Shown here: piece after piece, positions 22,447 to 35,131 of the stretch
Position numbering within the stretch: the first letter of the stretch is position 1
Layout: each line of letters opens with the position of its first letter
Assembly: GCA_002189035.1 (NCBI GenBank)
Contig: NEEC01000002.1
Span: 5,332,001-5,396,000, forward strand
DNA length: 64,000 nt
Direction: 5' to 3'
Origin: Utricularia gibba
Taxonomy: Eukaryota; Plantae; Magnoliophyta
Made by a program: the position numbers and the translations under genes
The notes under the pieces: model-generated
Databases searched by the model: none
Told to the model about the DNA's origin: nothing
The model's input: only the letters and a program-made list of their open reading frames with translations

Positions 22447-24280
22447 ATGTCTACTGGTGAAGCAAGAAAATATTCTCTGCAAGAAATGCAGATGGTAAGT
22501 TTCTTACATCTGTCGAATATCCAAGATATGCCAGTATTTATGCGTCATGTATTTGTGATTGATATTCTATGTCGTGGACGAATGTGAAACTGTAGTTGGG
22601 ATGATTCACAATAGTATATATGCAAGTTTACCCAACTCATCATTCGGGTCATCTTATTTTTTTTTTTATGTGTCTAGCACATTGTGTATAAATTGTGGTT
22701 ATGGTCTTCATCTTGTCATAGAATCATGTTGATACAGTTGAAGTTTGTTTCATACTCGTGGTTATGAACTGTTTCTTTAATTAACTGGATTGACTCAGGG
22801 CGAGGTTTCTTTTTTTTTTTTTTTTTTTTGAATTTTATCAGGTTCAGAGTTTAATAGAAAGGTGTCTTCAATTTTACATGAGCCAGACAGAAGTAGTTGA
22901 TACCCTGCTGCAGCACGCCAAGATTGAACCTAGCTTCACTGAGTTCGGTAATTATATTGCTCTTTTCGTTTTTTCATGTCATCAATTTATCATTGTTGCT
23001 TCGATTGTTTCAAGGGTCTCACTACCTCACATTGGAGTTTATTTACAAGTTGAAATTTCTGATTTTCGTCTTGGCCCTTAAGCGTATATATACTAAAAAC
23101 AGTGCGGAAGCAAGTCATTTTCTTAATTTTGGAATATTTAAAATCACTGCAGCTCTAATGCAACTCACATAAACTTTCAGTGTGGCAGAAGCTAGAAGCT
23201 GAAAATCAGGACTTTTTCAGAGCATATAATATGAGGCTAATTGTGAAAGACCAGATTTTTAAATTCAATCAGTTACTTGAGAAACAGGTAGAGCTAATGG
23301 ATCAAATGAGTAAGGGCAAAATTGTTCCTGTTCCTCCACCGAATGGGTCCGAGGTGCACCCAAGTAAGCTCCTCTTTTTTTTTGGGTGGGGGGGGGGGGG
23401 GGGTGATGTTACTACTCCGCAAATTTTACTTTTTTGAACATGATTTCTCCTTGCTTCTTCTTGATATCTGATAATATGTTACATTTCCATTATATTTTGG
23501 TAGAGCATGAAATCCCAGCCTACCATACTCCACAACTAGCAGGGCTATCTATAAATGAAGAGAACTTGCTCTCAAAAACTTCTGCAACGCCTGATGTTTG
23601 CATTGGCATGACGTCACTGCAACCATGTGTTCAAGTTGGACCCCATCTGGCTGCTGGTCACGTTGGAAGGTTTGATGGTGCTGGAAATGTTATGCTGGCT
23701 CAGGGCCTGAACGCCGGAGTGAGACATAGTATGAATGCTACGATAATCAAAGCCGAAGATGGTTATTCTGGAAATCCAGCGGTATTTGGAATAGACAACA
23801 ATCTTGTAGAACATCAGAATGTTATCGGAGAGGCATCAATTTCACCCTTCAGTGGAGGGGAATCCCATGGCCAGGCAGTGACTGATTCTTTCTTGGATCT
23901 TGGGATGAACTCATTTGGGTTTTTGGGTCAGATAGGTCGCAACTTCAATTTACCCTACCTGAACTCCGATTATCCTAATGGTGCCGGTGAGAATCCAAAT
24001 TCCCATTCACCCTCTTCCACAAAAGGAACTCCCCTAAACTAAAGTGACTGCTGTTGACTGAATTTATGATCAGACCTACTTGGGGGCTATTCGAGATCTC
24101 CATTCCTGGCACCAGAGACAAACTTTTTGGATATACAGGGGGAACAAGGTAACTAAGTGAATGCTATTCATTTATTCTCTGATCCACGGAATGTCTTAGT
24201 TTTGCAACTTCTGGCCAGACCTCAAGAAGCTAGACAATATTTCGGAGGGGTTTGGTTGTGAAGATTTTGGAAACAATTGA
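22447..24280 (+). CDS. A_thal_3526 / TIGR01589 (PF09713) family protein, tandem copy 2, 313 aa
   Basis: Exons 22447-22494, 22842-22947, 23181-23363, 23519-23986, 24074-24148 and 24219-24280 (942 nt). Intron positions and phases match copy 1. Signature: VQSLIERCLQFYMSQTEVVDTLLQHAKIEPSFTEFVWQKLEAENQDFF. Confidence 0.88.
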
Positions 24281-24852
24281 ATGTTACTCTAGCAGGTATG
24301 AGGTATATCCTTTTTTTTCTGATCATGTCATAGGTTGCTACGATGACAGTTTCTTATTATTTTCTTGCATCTGAACTGATAAGGTTTTGTTACAGGGATG
24401 ATTGGGTGATGGACTTGATCCATTTCCGGCTATTTGTTTCGTCCCCCCAGCCACCAACCAACTCACAAGCGAAGTAAAATGAACATGGTCTGTGTTTCTG
24501 TACTCCGATTTGCTTCTACTTTCTTACCGATGTAAAAAGGTGATTTCCCCGATTACTGTATGTTGTTACTTAGGCTGTACAGGCACTCCGGTATGGGTTC
24601 TGTGGTACAGCGTGTGTTTGAAAAAACCCTTTTGCTTTTGGACATTCAAGAATGCCATTCTCTTACAAGAAGATCCCAACTTTTGTTTGTGTACGTGCAT
24701 GGTGAGATGCCTTGTTTCAGGTACTCCAGGGTGGCAATGGGTGTTCTTTAGGCTTTGATTTATTGATTTATGAGTATTTTGTTTAAAAAACATGAATAAA
24801 TATTCGAATCCAAAAGATTGATACTTGGCCGAAGAATTTCATGGCATCATCT

Positions 24853-26964
24853 TCAGCAGAGACTGTTCCTGCGCAATGCTTCGATCACCATATGAATTTC
24901 AGCTGTCTGACAATGCAATCTGTCCCAAGAGACGAACATGTGGAAACTATCGCCACACTCCAAGCAGCTCCAGCCAGGAGGCTTCATCAAGTTCATGTCT
25001 TTAACTGCATTTCTGATTCGTTGCACTTCGTTCCATTTCTCACTCCTGGCTTGCAAATTGCTGTATATTGTGTAGTAATCGACGCTGCCGGGATCTTCCA
25101 GCTGCAGAATCTTGGCTACACAATACTCTGCTGTTTTCCTGTCTTCATGTATACCAGCGGCAGCCAGAAGTGCACCCCAGATTTGTCTGTCAGGAACAGC
25201 CACAAGCTTTATGATGATCCATAATGCCTCCCGGATCTTACCGCACCGGCCAAGCAAATCGACAATACAGGTGTAGTGATCCAAGCTGGGTTCAATGCGA
25301 AATTCCTGTTTCATTGAGTTCAAAGCAGAGCAGCCCTCATGGAGGAGAGCAGAGTGGCTGCAAGCAGATAAGAAACTCAGGAAGGTGACTGAGTTTGGTT
25401 CCATTCCTTCATTTCTCATTTGATTCAGAAGCTCAAGTGCTTCAAAGCCAAACCCGTGTTTTCCCAATCCTTCGACCATCAATGACCATGACACAATATC
25501 TTTCACATGCATATTACCAAAGAAGTTCCTAGCAGAATCGATGTCTCCACATCGCATGTACATGTTCAGAATACATGTCTCTAATGATCCTGTCAGTTCA
25601 TCAGATTTCAAAGTGATATTCCTTGAAATGCATCCATGAACAGCCCTACCAAGCCGTAAGGCTGAGAGCTTTGTACATAAAACAATAAGGCTTCTAAAAT
25701 TCTCCATCTCAGGTTGAAAGACAATGGGCAGCATTTGCCGAAAGAATCTGATAGCTTCATTTGGACAGCCGTTATCAATCCATCCCGATACATAGGCATC
25801 CCATATAATGGAGTTTACATGGGATACTTCGTCAAACAACCTAGCTGAATCCTCCATGCACCCAAGTTTTGCATAGAACCTCAAAAATACAGTAACAAGT
25901 ATATCATCAAAACAACCACTCTTAATGGCAAGAGCATGCACTTCCCTTCCTTCAACGGAGTTCTGATTCTCCTCTAGCGCGGAAATAAGTTGAGTAAAGG
26001 TTTCCACACTTGGTTTCACTAGAGACCTCATTCTCCTGAAGCAGTCCATCATCTTCTTTATCGTTCCCTCTGAGCAGTAAGCAGATATCATGATGTTCCA
26101 AGAAGCAATATCCTTGAAACCACTTTCTTCAAACAAGATTTCTGAATCATGTATGCCACCATAAGCAGCGTACATTTTCAACATTGAATTACGCAAAGAA
26201 TGATCGACCAAGGACCCAAATTTAATGACATGGCCATGAAGTTGCTGCACTTGCGGGATACTAGAGCACGCTTGTAAGATCACAATCATGGAAACCTCAT
26301 TGGGGTTCAGTTCCCTACGCATTTCGTTAAACAAAAGAAAAGCTTCATCGGATTTTCCAGCATACACATAGCATGAAATCATCGATGTCCAAGAAACCAA
26401 ATCTTTAAACAGCATTTCATCGAACAGCTTCAACGCATTCTCCAGACAACCAGTTCTTTCATAGGAACTCATAATAATATTACAAAAATGAGCATCAATT
26501 CCAAACCCCATTTGCATTCCCAGGGAATGAATCATCTCAACGAAACTTGCGCCACATTCAAGCAGCATAACCAGCTTACTCAGTATTGGAAATGTATAAC
26601 CATCACACGGCACACCCTTAAATCTCATTCTTTGAAAAACAGAAAGCGCTGGCACAACAAATCCTGAATTCACATACCCCTTAAGAACCAAATTCCAACG
26701 CCATGTATTCCGTTCTTCCACTGACTCAAGGATTGCTACTTGACTGCCAAAATCATCGGAATGGGTATATAAAGCTCCCAACTTTAAATTATCCACCGAC
26801 ACCGGTGCTTCCCCGTTGGAGACTCCAAAGGAAGTATCAGTTTGGCCAGGTACAAGGGTTGGGCACGAATCCAATGCTGAGAGGAAATAAGAAGAAGATG
26901 GATATCTTGAACTTCGACATTCCGGGAGTTTTGAGAGATGGGACCTGAAAAACCGCCGTTGCAA
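24853..26964 (-). CDS. PLS-class pentatricopeptide repeat protein, E subgroup (no DYW), 703 aa; probable organellar RNA-editing factor
   Basis: Intronless intact ORF with repeated PPR motifs (DLVSWTSMISCY, DIVSWSLMVEGL, HYTCIVDLLGRCG) and an E-type end (PPGWSCLECGDSFHMFVSWD). The Arg/Ser-rich N-terminus is suggestive of a targeting peptide. Confidence 0.93.
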   Translation of the reverse strand: MQRRFFRSHLSKLPECRSSRYPSSSYFLSALDSCPTLVPGQTDTSFGVSNGEAPVSVDNLKLGALYTHSDDFGSQVAILESVEERNTWRWNLVLKGYVNSGFVVPALSVFQRMRFKGVPCDGYTFPILSKLVMLLECGASFVEMIHSLGMQMGFGIDAHFCNIIMSSYERTGCLENALKLFDEMLFKDLVSWTSMISCYVYAGKSDEAFLLFNEMRRELNPNEVSMIVILQACSSIPQVQQLHGHVIKFGSLVDHSLRNSMLKMYAAYGGIHDSEILFEESGFKDIASWNIMISAYCSEGTIKKMMDCFRRMRSLVKPSVETFTQLISALEENQNSVEGREVHALAIKSGCFDDILVTVFLRFYAKLGCMEDSARLFDEVSHVNSIIWDAYVSGWIDNGCPNEAIRFFRQMLPIVFQPEMENFRSLIVLCTKLSALRLGRAVHGCISRNITLKSDELTGSLETCILNMYMRCGDIDSARNFFGNMHVKDIVSWSLMVEGLGKHGFGFEALELLNQMRNEGMEPNSVTFLSFLSACSHSALLHEGCSALNSMKQEFRIEPSLDHYTCIVDLLGRCGKIREALWIIIKLVAVPDRQIWGALLAAAGIHEDRKTAEYCVAKILQLEDPGSVDYYTIYSNLQARSEKWNEVQRIRNAVKDMNLMKPPGWSCLECGDSFHMFVSWDRLHCQTAEIHMVIEALRRNSLC

Positions 26965-27916
26965 ATTCAGGGTCGATGGACGCAGAAGACAGCAGTAGTG
27001 CGAGAACCCAAACCCGTTGAAGAAGAAGAAGAAGAAGAGGGACGTAATTGTGAAAATGCAACGACGCTCTTCCTCACGAATTGGCGACTGGCGGCTGCCT
27101 TTTGTAGAGCACGAATCTGGGTAGGAGTCGTAATATTCCTATTTTAGGCCATGCTTTTTAATTTATTTTCATTTTTGAATTAAAGAAGCGGGTTTGCCCC
27201 GATCCAACCTACACTGAATCCGACCCGTTTTTGAGCCATCTTCCCATTTGAGTTTGGACTTTGGAGTAATAATATCACAAAAAAACATGGAGAAACATCG
27301 GCCATCTCTTGTTAAAGAAAGCTAGCCAAACATCAACCATAATTTGAGTTTGATTCACTACTAATTTAATCTTTACATTCCATTTATTCAGTCATTTCTT
27401 TTAATATAAATTTCTTATTTAGTATCTATCGTGATTTTCAAGTTTCACATACTATATATATCTTCTTCACTTGATATCAATCACAAATATCTTGAGAATT
27501 CACTAAAGACCATTCATTCCATTTGATTCTAAAAGCTTATTAGATCAAAGAGAAGTGGAAACTTTAGAATATGAAAAAACTATTACGAAAAAAATCATAT
27601 TGTATACTTCTCATTCGCATAACAAATAAAATCGAGGTTCCATATTTTTTTAATTTACCAAAACCTTACAAAAATTAAAACATATTTGACAAAAGATACT
27701 AAATAAATAGATGTCGTTTTAGTCCATGTAACATTATCTTCCAATCTAAAAGAAAGATATATCTGGACTTGAATATTGTACACAAAAAATTAAAATCATC
27801 ATCTCAGACATCAGAGTTAAATATATTTCCAAAATGAACTTTTTTACAATGTTTATAAGCTATGTCTGATCCCATGCACTATTCTCAAGTATTGTACACG
27901 CCCCACCAGCAAAAGC

Positions 27917-30666
27917 TTAAGTTGAGGGTCGCCCATCCGTGACGTGCTGCTCACATACATGATCGCCGCCGCCATTGTCTGTGGGAAGGTTTTGTGTGAA
28001 ACCATCTTCATCTTCTCCGGCGTGATCGCCACCTTCCGAATCCGTCGTCACCTTTTCGAGGCAGTCGTCGAGCTGAACGCATTCTTCAACCAACTCCTGA
28101 GATGAGGTGCAGCTGGGGTGCTCGGTTTCAAGGTGGTTTTGAGGAGGGCCAACCTCATCCTTCCTCACAACATTGAACAATATGCCGTTCTGAATCCTTT
28201 CTGCCTGCAGAAGGTCACCCTCAGCCACCATGATGGAAGAGGAACTGTTACTGGCATTATTTGCTCTGCTGTTGCTGCTGCTGCTGTCTCGATGATCGAA
28301 TTCACTGTCCGATGTTCGTTCTGGTGTTGTCATTCGCGATTCTCTCGACTGCCGAGGGATTCCCCTGTTGATCCTCGTGTCCAACATCTGGACAAAGTCG
28401 ACGAACTTGTCCGCAGAGGTTGTCCTCATCAGTGGCCCTCCTGTTCTTGTCCAAGAATTGAGATCCACGCTCTCTGTCTCACTGTCGCTACCGTCGTGCA
28501 TCATTTCCCTGTGCGGATGCACGTTTTTCCCCATATGGGCGCCAACTCCACTGTGCTGCAAGGAAGAAGCAACGGTGGCAAGGGCATCCTCGTCGAGCGA
28601 ACCCGTTGAGTTTTCTCGTGCGATCACATTCCATGAAGGGATCCTCTTTGAAGCACTGATCCGAGCTGCGGTTGGTGGGTGAACTTGGGAAGAAGCAGCA
28701 GCAGCTGCCGCTGCTGCTCTCTGAGCACTTCTCTTCAACCTCCTCATGTGGTTTAGAACTGCACCACATTCATCAAGAGCGAGCTCGATTCCACAGTTGG
28801 CTTTTATCGCAGACAGCTTCTCCCAAGTGCATCGTCTACCCTGGTTTGCAGCCTTCTGAAGCTCAACATATGTCGGGTTCTGTATTATCTTCGAAATCTG
28901 GGAAATCACAAACCTATCAACAAATGCAATCAGAGGATGAGTCCATCACGTATTGTGTACCTGAGCCAATGTCGCAGGCATCACAATGGTGACATCGCCC
29001 TCCCAATCTTGCGCGAAGAGCTTTGCAAGGCCTCCTAGTCGAAAACCAAGCTCCAAAACCTGATTGCATCTGTGTTTCACCTCCATTTCCACTAAATGAG
29101 CCAGCTGCAAATTTTATTCAGATGTAACTGATTAGATTGGAAGAGGGTTTCGTGCAAACGCATTACGAATTCCCAGCAGAGTTAAAAGGAGACAAAGATG
29201 CTAAGTTGTAACAGGTTGAGTAAACCCAAGCTAAGAAGTACCTTTGCAGCAAAGTGACCTCCATAAGCCCTGATAATTTCTTTCACCCTGAGGAGCGGTG
29301 CAATGTGAGGATTCGCTTGGCTGACAACGAAATGGTTCACATTAAAGAGTTCCTTCAATTGCAGCATGGGCAAATCAACCTCCAAGCTACCATCCCTCCA
29401 ACGGCGGGACAAAGCAGAAATGCCGGAAGACTCATCAGGTGCCAATTGAAATGGAGGATGGTAAGGTACAATATTCCCACTCCTATCCTTGGCCATCAGC
29501 TCTTGAGCTTCAAAAAGACCAGGAAAGGCACACGAGGCTGTCACGGCGCTCCATATCACCACATGAGGCGATGTCAAGTAGTTAAGACACCTAGGTGGTT
29601 CGTGTTTTCTAGGGGAACAAACTGTGATACCGAGTATTCTTCCAGTCATATCATAAGCTTCTTGAAAAGTAAGGTTATTGGTAAGATGTCTAAGCATCAT
29701 TTGCAATTGTCTTATATCGTGAAGAGCACCTTGTGTCATTACCCTCTTGAACACCGTGAAAATTCCTCCTATCTGGTCAAAAAACTGAATAGAATGCCAA
29801 GAATCCTCGAAGAAACTCTGGAGTTCTGGCCATGATCTAGTGGCAACAATAGCACACATTATCGAACCAACACTAGACCCTGCAATAATCCGTGGCAAAA
29901 GCTTATGCTCCACCAACGTTTTCACAACTCCAACATGAAAAGCACCCAAAGAGGCACCACCACTCAGAAGTAAAGCTGTTCTACCGAAAGCATGTCTTGT
30001 TTCATTCATAAAAGCAAGCTTCTCCTCCAAAAGAAGGTCTTCCGAATCAGAATCACACACCATTCTCAGCTGTGTTGTTACTTCGTCGATGTACTCCTTT
30101 ATCAATCTTGGGACCTGAAGCCTACCCTTGTGAAGCTCTGGATTGCACATATTTCCTAGATTACGTACAAGGTCAGCTCTCATACAAAATATGATGTCTC
30201 GCAGAGAACCCTCTTGACGTCGAACCCGGATCTCTTGAAGCTTATTTCTCACAAGCTCCTCATCATAAAGATCAGATTCATTCAGTCTAGGAGTCTCCTT
30301 ATCCAACATCTTAGCAGCATGAGCCCACTCCTCATATGTTAAGGCAGATCTCATCATATTCCTCCAAAATTTCCTTCTATATGCCATCTCTGCCCTGATC
30401 TTCACATTTGTGTACCGTTTCAACAAGAAGGCAATAACAGATACCATGACAAGTATCCCTTGTGGATTCCGCGGATGAAACCATGAAATCAGGGGTGATA
30501 AGTAGAACCTCAACTTCTTGAAGTAAACTACCAGCATCCTTAAAAGCTGGTGTCTAAGTTGGGACATAGAGTTACAGAACAATACTCTGAATGCAACAGT
30601 GCGGCCAAAAAACGTAGATGGGCCAATCGAGAATGAATCAACAATTGCTTCGTTACTGATATCCAT
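27917..30666 (-). CDS. SDP1: Patatin-like triacylglycerol lipase SDP1 / SDP1-like, 849 aa
   Basis: Exons 30666-29242, 29104-28961 and 28897-27917 (GT-AG, phase 0). Starts MDISNEA; motifs [25 protein letters not shown] (GxSxG) and [15 protein letters not shown]1 versus SDP1-LIKE cannot be resolved from sequence alone. Confidence 0.93.
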
Positions 30667-32842
30667 GTTCAAAAACAAACAGAAACTCTTTATTCTCTAA
30701 AATCACAATCTTGAAAACTATTGTCCACAGAATCACCCAGAAGGACGTAAACTACCCCAAAATATTCAACAGAGAAACATAAGAACAATCAAGTACTCCT
30801 GAAAAGTCCCATACCGTGGAATCCACCGGCGCCTTCAGCAAGATCCCCAGAAACAAAAAGGGCTAAAAGACGCAGATATCAACCCCAGAAGACGCTGCTT
30901 ACATACCCTTAAAAGAGGGCCGAACATGGCGACATCCTCATCTCGTCTCCCCATTAATTATATCAACAATTAGTCGTGTCGACCATGATGAGGGTCAGCA
31001 AATTGCATCACGCTTTGTGGGAATTCGGGAAGGCTACCTGGGAATAGGATCAGGTTGGATAGCGATCACGTTACGCCGTCTTAAAGAAAACAATGACGTG
31101 GGATTCAGATTAGGATTTATCAGCAACCTGAACATAAAACGAAATCCCGTGTCAGTTTGTGAAGAAATACAAACACGGAATCGCTTCCGGTTGCCAGGGG
31201 ACGATGACAACCGCTAGTCACTGCAATATCCACTCCTCTCGAAGGTTCATCGCCTGATCATTTTCCCGAGATGGGTTTGAAAAAATGACAACTTTTCCTG
31301 GAACAGGACTTGAAAAAGAGCATATCAGAACAAGATTTTTCAGCGGACAAGCACACGAAAACAACGTTTCGAAGGCCCCGGAGGGATTCCTCAAAATCAA
31401 AAACAGAGAGCTTTTAATTAATCAAAATCAAACTCATCCAAACCTTGAAAATTGATTTTGACAATTATTTTTGCTCTCGGTTTGAAAATTGAAAACACGT
31501 CATTTTTATATTAGATGTTTGTTTTTAATTTCATAAATGTCGATGCATAATATTTTAAATAAAAGTGCATAATATTAAGAAATATTAGTCTAATTAATTA
31601 AAAAACTTAAATTCAAATCCAAATTATTTTGTTTCGGAATAGATCGAAATTGTGCCAAAAACACAATTTCGATGAAATTTACAACCTACAACCTTGATGA
31701 ACTCGTTTATTAGTCAAGATTAACATGCTTATATTCAATTAATGAATTTTTAATTTGAATTCCCTTATTTAAATTATTCAATTAAGATGTTATCCATTTT
31801 ATAGAAAATATATGCTTTTCACATTAGGCTTAAAATGTATTTGTATAACTAAGGGCTTGTATTGGTAGATAAGATAGTAAAAAGTGATATTGTAGTATAA
31901 AATTATGCAAATTATATTAGAGTTCTAATATAAGATTATGACGTGTTTTTTTTAATTTTATATAAGAACTTCACTTGTTTGGCATGTTTAACATTATTTG
32001 GAAAAGGAAACTTAAAGGATGTTTTACACGTTTTTTTAAGTTACTTCTTCTTCTATAATCATAAAAAATGCTACTATCATCAGAATAATAAATATTTATA
32101 CTTTTGGTTTTTTTAAAAAAAATTTCTTTCTTCTTCATCCATTTTCTTTCCTTTGGAATGGGATTGATACCAGACTTTTGTCTTCTCATTTTGATTTATT
32201 CTTAAAAATAGTAGATGAATTTATCTTTTTGTCCACAATTTTCTCAATTTATTAAAGAACATCAAAACCCTATCACAAAAAATTCATATCCTGATCCTTA
32301 AGTCATGTCCTTAGTGCTCTTGCGATTTTGGGTCTTCTAAGACTGATGCTATTATTTGTTCTATTATTACTTTGCTTTGGTCAAGAGGAAGAAGATGACA
32401 TAGTAGATCGTATTTATTGTAAGTTGTTCCAAAATTGTTTATTTTCTCATACTAATTTCATATATATTTTTCTGATTTTTGTGTTATTCCAAATATTCAA
32501 TGAATGTCAAGGTTTTTGTTTTCTACATTTAGTAATCTATTTTATGCATCAAAATTATTATAATAAATTGATTTCAAAATTTTCTACTTGCTGATGAATT
32601 CGATTTCTCCATAGTCACTTTGGATTTTATATTGATACAATTGCACAGTAAATTAACTTATATTTTTGAAAAAGATATTGTGAACAAAAATTTCATTTAT
32701 ACTATTATTAAATTTGTATTCTCCTTTTATTATTAATATAATTTATTCCTTTTATTTAACTTCTAGAAATCATTTTCAATATTATGAAAACATTTAACAA
32801 TTCAAACACACATACTAAAGTATTTAATATTCTAAATAAACT

Positions 32843-33087
32843 TCAATTTGAACCACATTGAGTCCAAATGTGCTCAATTAAACCAGCTTTGAGAAGTCGA
32901 TGTTCCCTAGTTTCCCTAGAGTTGATAGCCCCATCAAGATAATCTTCGAATGCTTTAGGATTTTTCCTGAAGAGGTTAGAGGTTTCTTCAACTATATTCA
33001 AATGATCATAGTTTTCTGGATTTGGTTGTGTCTCATGGCTTTCATCTTCAATAATCATATTGAACAAGATTATATAGGTATGCATTA
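32843..33087 (-). pseudogene. PIF/Harbinger transposase, C-terminal fragment
   Basis: IMHTYIILFNMIIEDE...HRLLKAGLIEHIW matches the typical C-terminus (ACIILHNMIVEDE...DLIEHIW). The N-terminal part lies at 48718-49638. Confidence 0.8.
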
Positions 33088-33627
33088 TCTTGTGGGCAAA
33101 AATCGGTTCTGTTGGACTTGATCAGTTTTCGGGTTGTGAATTGGGTTTGATAGAGTACTATTTGGAATATGCTGATTTTTGGGTTAGTGTTAGGGGCGAA
33201 AGAAATAAAAAGACACAAAGATTTTTACGTGAAAACTACCAGAAGACGGAAAAACCATGGAGCTATGGAGCTCGTCGAAATGAAGGATACAAGTTCAAAT
33301 ATAGAGAATTTAACCTTTTCGTTTTCAAACTTCTTTATATTTATAAGGAGAGTCGATCTGACTAAATTTTGCAAAGGTTGATTACTTTCTACACTTGGTA
33401 GATGTATTGCAGTCCTATTGAAAAATAACCACCGAATACTGTGATGTAATTCGGCTACTTTTAAGACTGTCAAAATAATCCCTACGACGTAATTTTGATA
33501 CTTATTGGTCCTCCCACTTGTCACAGGTGGCTAGAGCATATCCGATATCTCCTTCTAGCAAATTTCAGCCAATATGACTGATTTGATTATCCCTGGTTCA
33601 CCAATTTATAAATGTCTCTTTTACTCA
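33088..33627 (-). repeat. Tat-type LTR (3' LTR candidate)
   Basis: Collinear with 48157-48717 (e.g. TGTTAGGGGCGAAAGAAATAAAAAGACACAA shared; ends ...CTCTTTTACTCA). Confidence 0.8.
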
Positions 33628-34033
33628 TCTCCATGTGGCATTTACCGATTTCAGGCTCCATCATTCAACCCCTTTGATTTGTTGATATCGACACTTATGA
33701 TAAATTGGCGGATCAAAATCACCAAATCATCAATTATCATATATCGATATCCCATTCCCATTCCTCCATGATTTAGATGGTCTTCTACCACGTGTTGCAC
33801 CTAGGACTCACCACGTTTTCCCACCCAATTTTCGACAACCCAATCGTCATGCCGTTTTGACTTTTGAGTCATTTCCTATAAATGCAGCCTTATTAAGTGT
33901 CATTTTTTCATTATCTATTATATTGTTTTTATATCTAAATATAATTAAAGTTATTTAGTTAAAAGTTTATAATATAAGATTTAAAATTTATCTAAATTAA
34001 GGTAATTATCCTAAATCTTATATTTTATCTAAT

Positions 34034-35131
34034 TGATAAATGAAAAATATTGCAACGTCGTTAAATTACAAATTTTCCTATCAAATAAAATTTATAATCT
34101 AATTCACAACCAATCATATGAAAAATATGAGTATAGTGGACTATGGTCGAATACAAGAAGTTAGGTGCTTGCTATATGAAAATCCATGCATTTAGATTTT
34201 TGTCATGGTTAAGAGATTTAGTCTAAACTAAGATTAAAGCTGTTCGACGATAATATGTAGAAAGATAATAAATGGATAGAAACATATGTTTATGTAAAAT
34301 ATAAGAAGGTGATGCCTTGGTATACTCAAGAATAGCATGCTAATCACTACAACTATTCCACCCAAACCTAAAATTATTCATCTAACAAGCAAAGGCTCAA
34401 GTCTAACCAAACTCTTGTTTTTCCCTAATTTTTGGTCTATCTCTAATTAGGATTGTTTATGATGAAAACCACTACCTCCCTCTCCTGGATCTATCCTGGT
34501 TTGTTAAGGAAGTAGCGTGATTAAGTGATAGTGTGGTCTAGTGAACAATAAGCATGCTCATCCTTTTTGTCCCAAGGCACCCTTAAATGCCTAGCCACTC
34601 ATATTAAAGAAAATGAAAACACTTTCATGACATTTTATAAACATCATCTTGGTTCTAAAATTCAACAACATAAAACACATAACATAAATATAAACAGAAG
34701 AAAGTTTCAAAAGATGGCTTGAATTATGGTTTCTTCTTGTTCTTCATCCATGGTTCTATTAACACTTCCTACTAGATCCACTTCTCAGAATTGTGTGGGG
34801 CATCTTCTTCAATGCGGGACAGTCTTCTCTTTCTTCATTATTTCAGAAATATACTTTTTTTCTGCACATTGGGATTTGGTGTACTTCTTTCAGCTTATGT
34901 CCCCTTTTCATGATACCTCCACTATTTCACTTTTCAGCAATGTGCATTGCTCAAGAAAGAGATCAAGAAACATGCTGCAACTATTAAAATGTGCTGCATT
35001 CCAATTAGGAATAAAAGATGCATACTATGCCAATAATCACAAAAATGCAGAAACATACAATATAATCCAAGATTTATAATAAAATATTAATCATTTTCCT
35101 ACCTTAGAACACTCAAAAATCTGTATTATCA
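34034..35131 (-). mobile_element. Solo LTR (Athila-type family X) with 5-bp TSD CTAAT
   Basis: TG...CA termini, flanked by CTAAT at 34029-34033 and 35132-35136. Homologous to 49666-50844 (inverted) and 61443-~61980. Confidence 0.9.

Noticed and set aside
29254-29835. 193-aa plus-strand ORF (similar shadows at 28118-28609 and within the PPR and GRX genes)
   Set aside because: Antisense shadow of a conserved coding exon, with no independent domain features.
31971-32640. Possible additional Myb-like/NAM-associated Harbinger gene remnant downstream of the transposase
   Set aside because: Only weak fragments (WRNRIHQQVENF, Lys-rich tail); too degenerate to support a call.
33083-33087. CATTA versus CATAA (48716-48720) as a TSD for the Tat element
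   Set aside because: It would require ending the LTR at 48715, but both LTR copies extend two bases further and the Harbinger frame places the junction at 48717. No TSD is claimed.
33090-33365. Homologous ORFs at 33090-33365 and 48144-48380 suggesting a duplicated small protein
   Set aside because: They lie within the two Tat LTRs on the non-coding strand, so the homology is just LTR identity.
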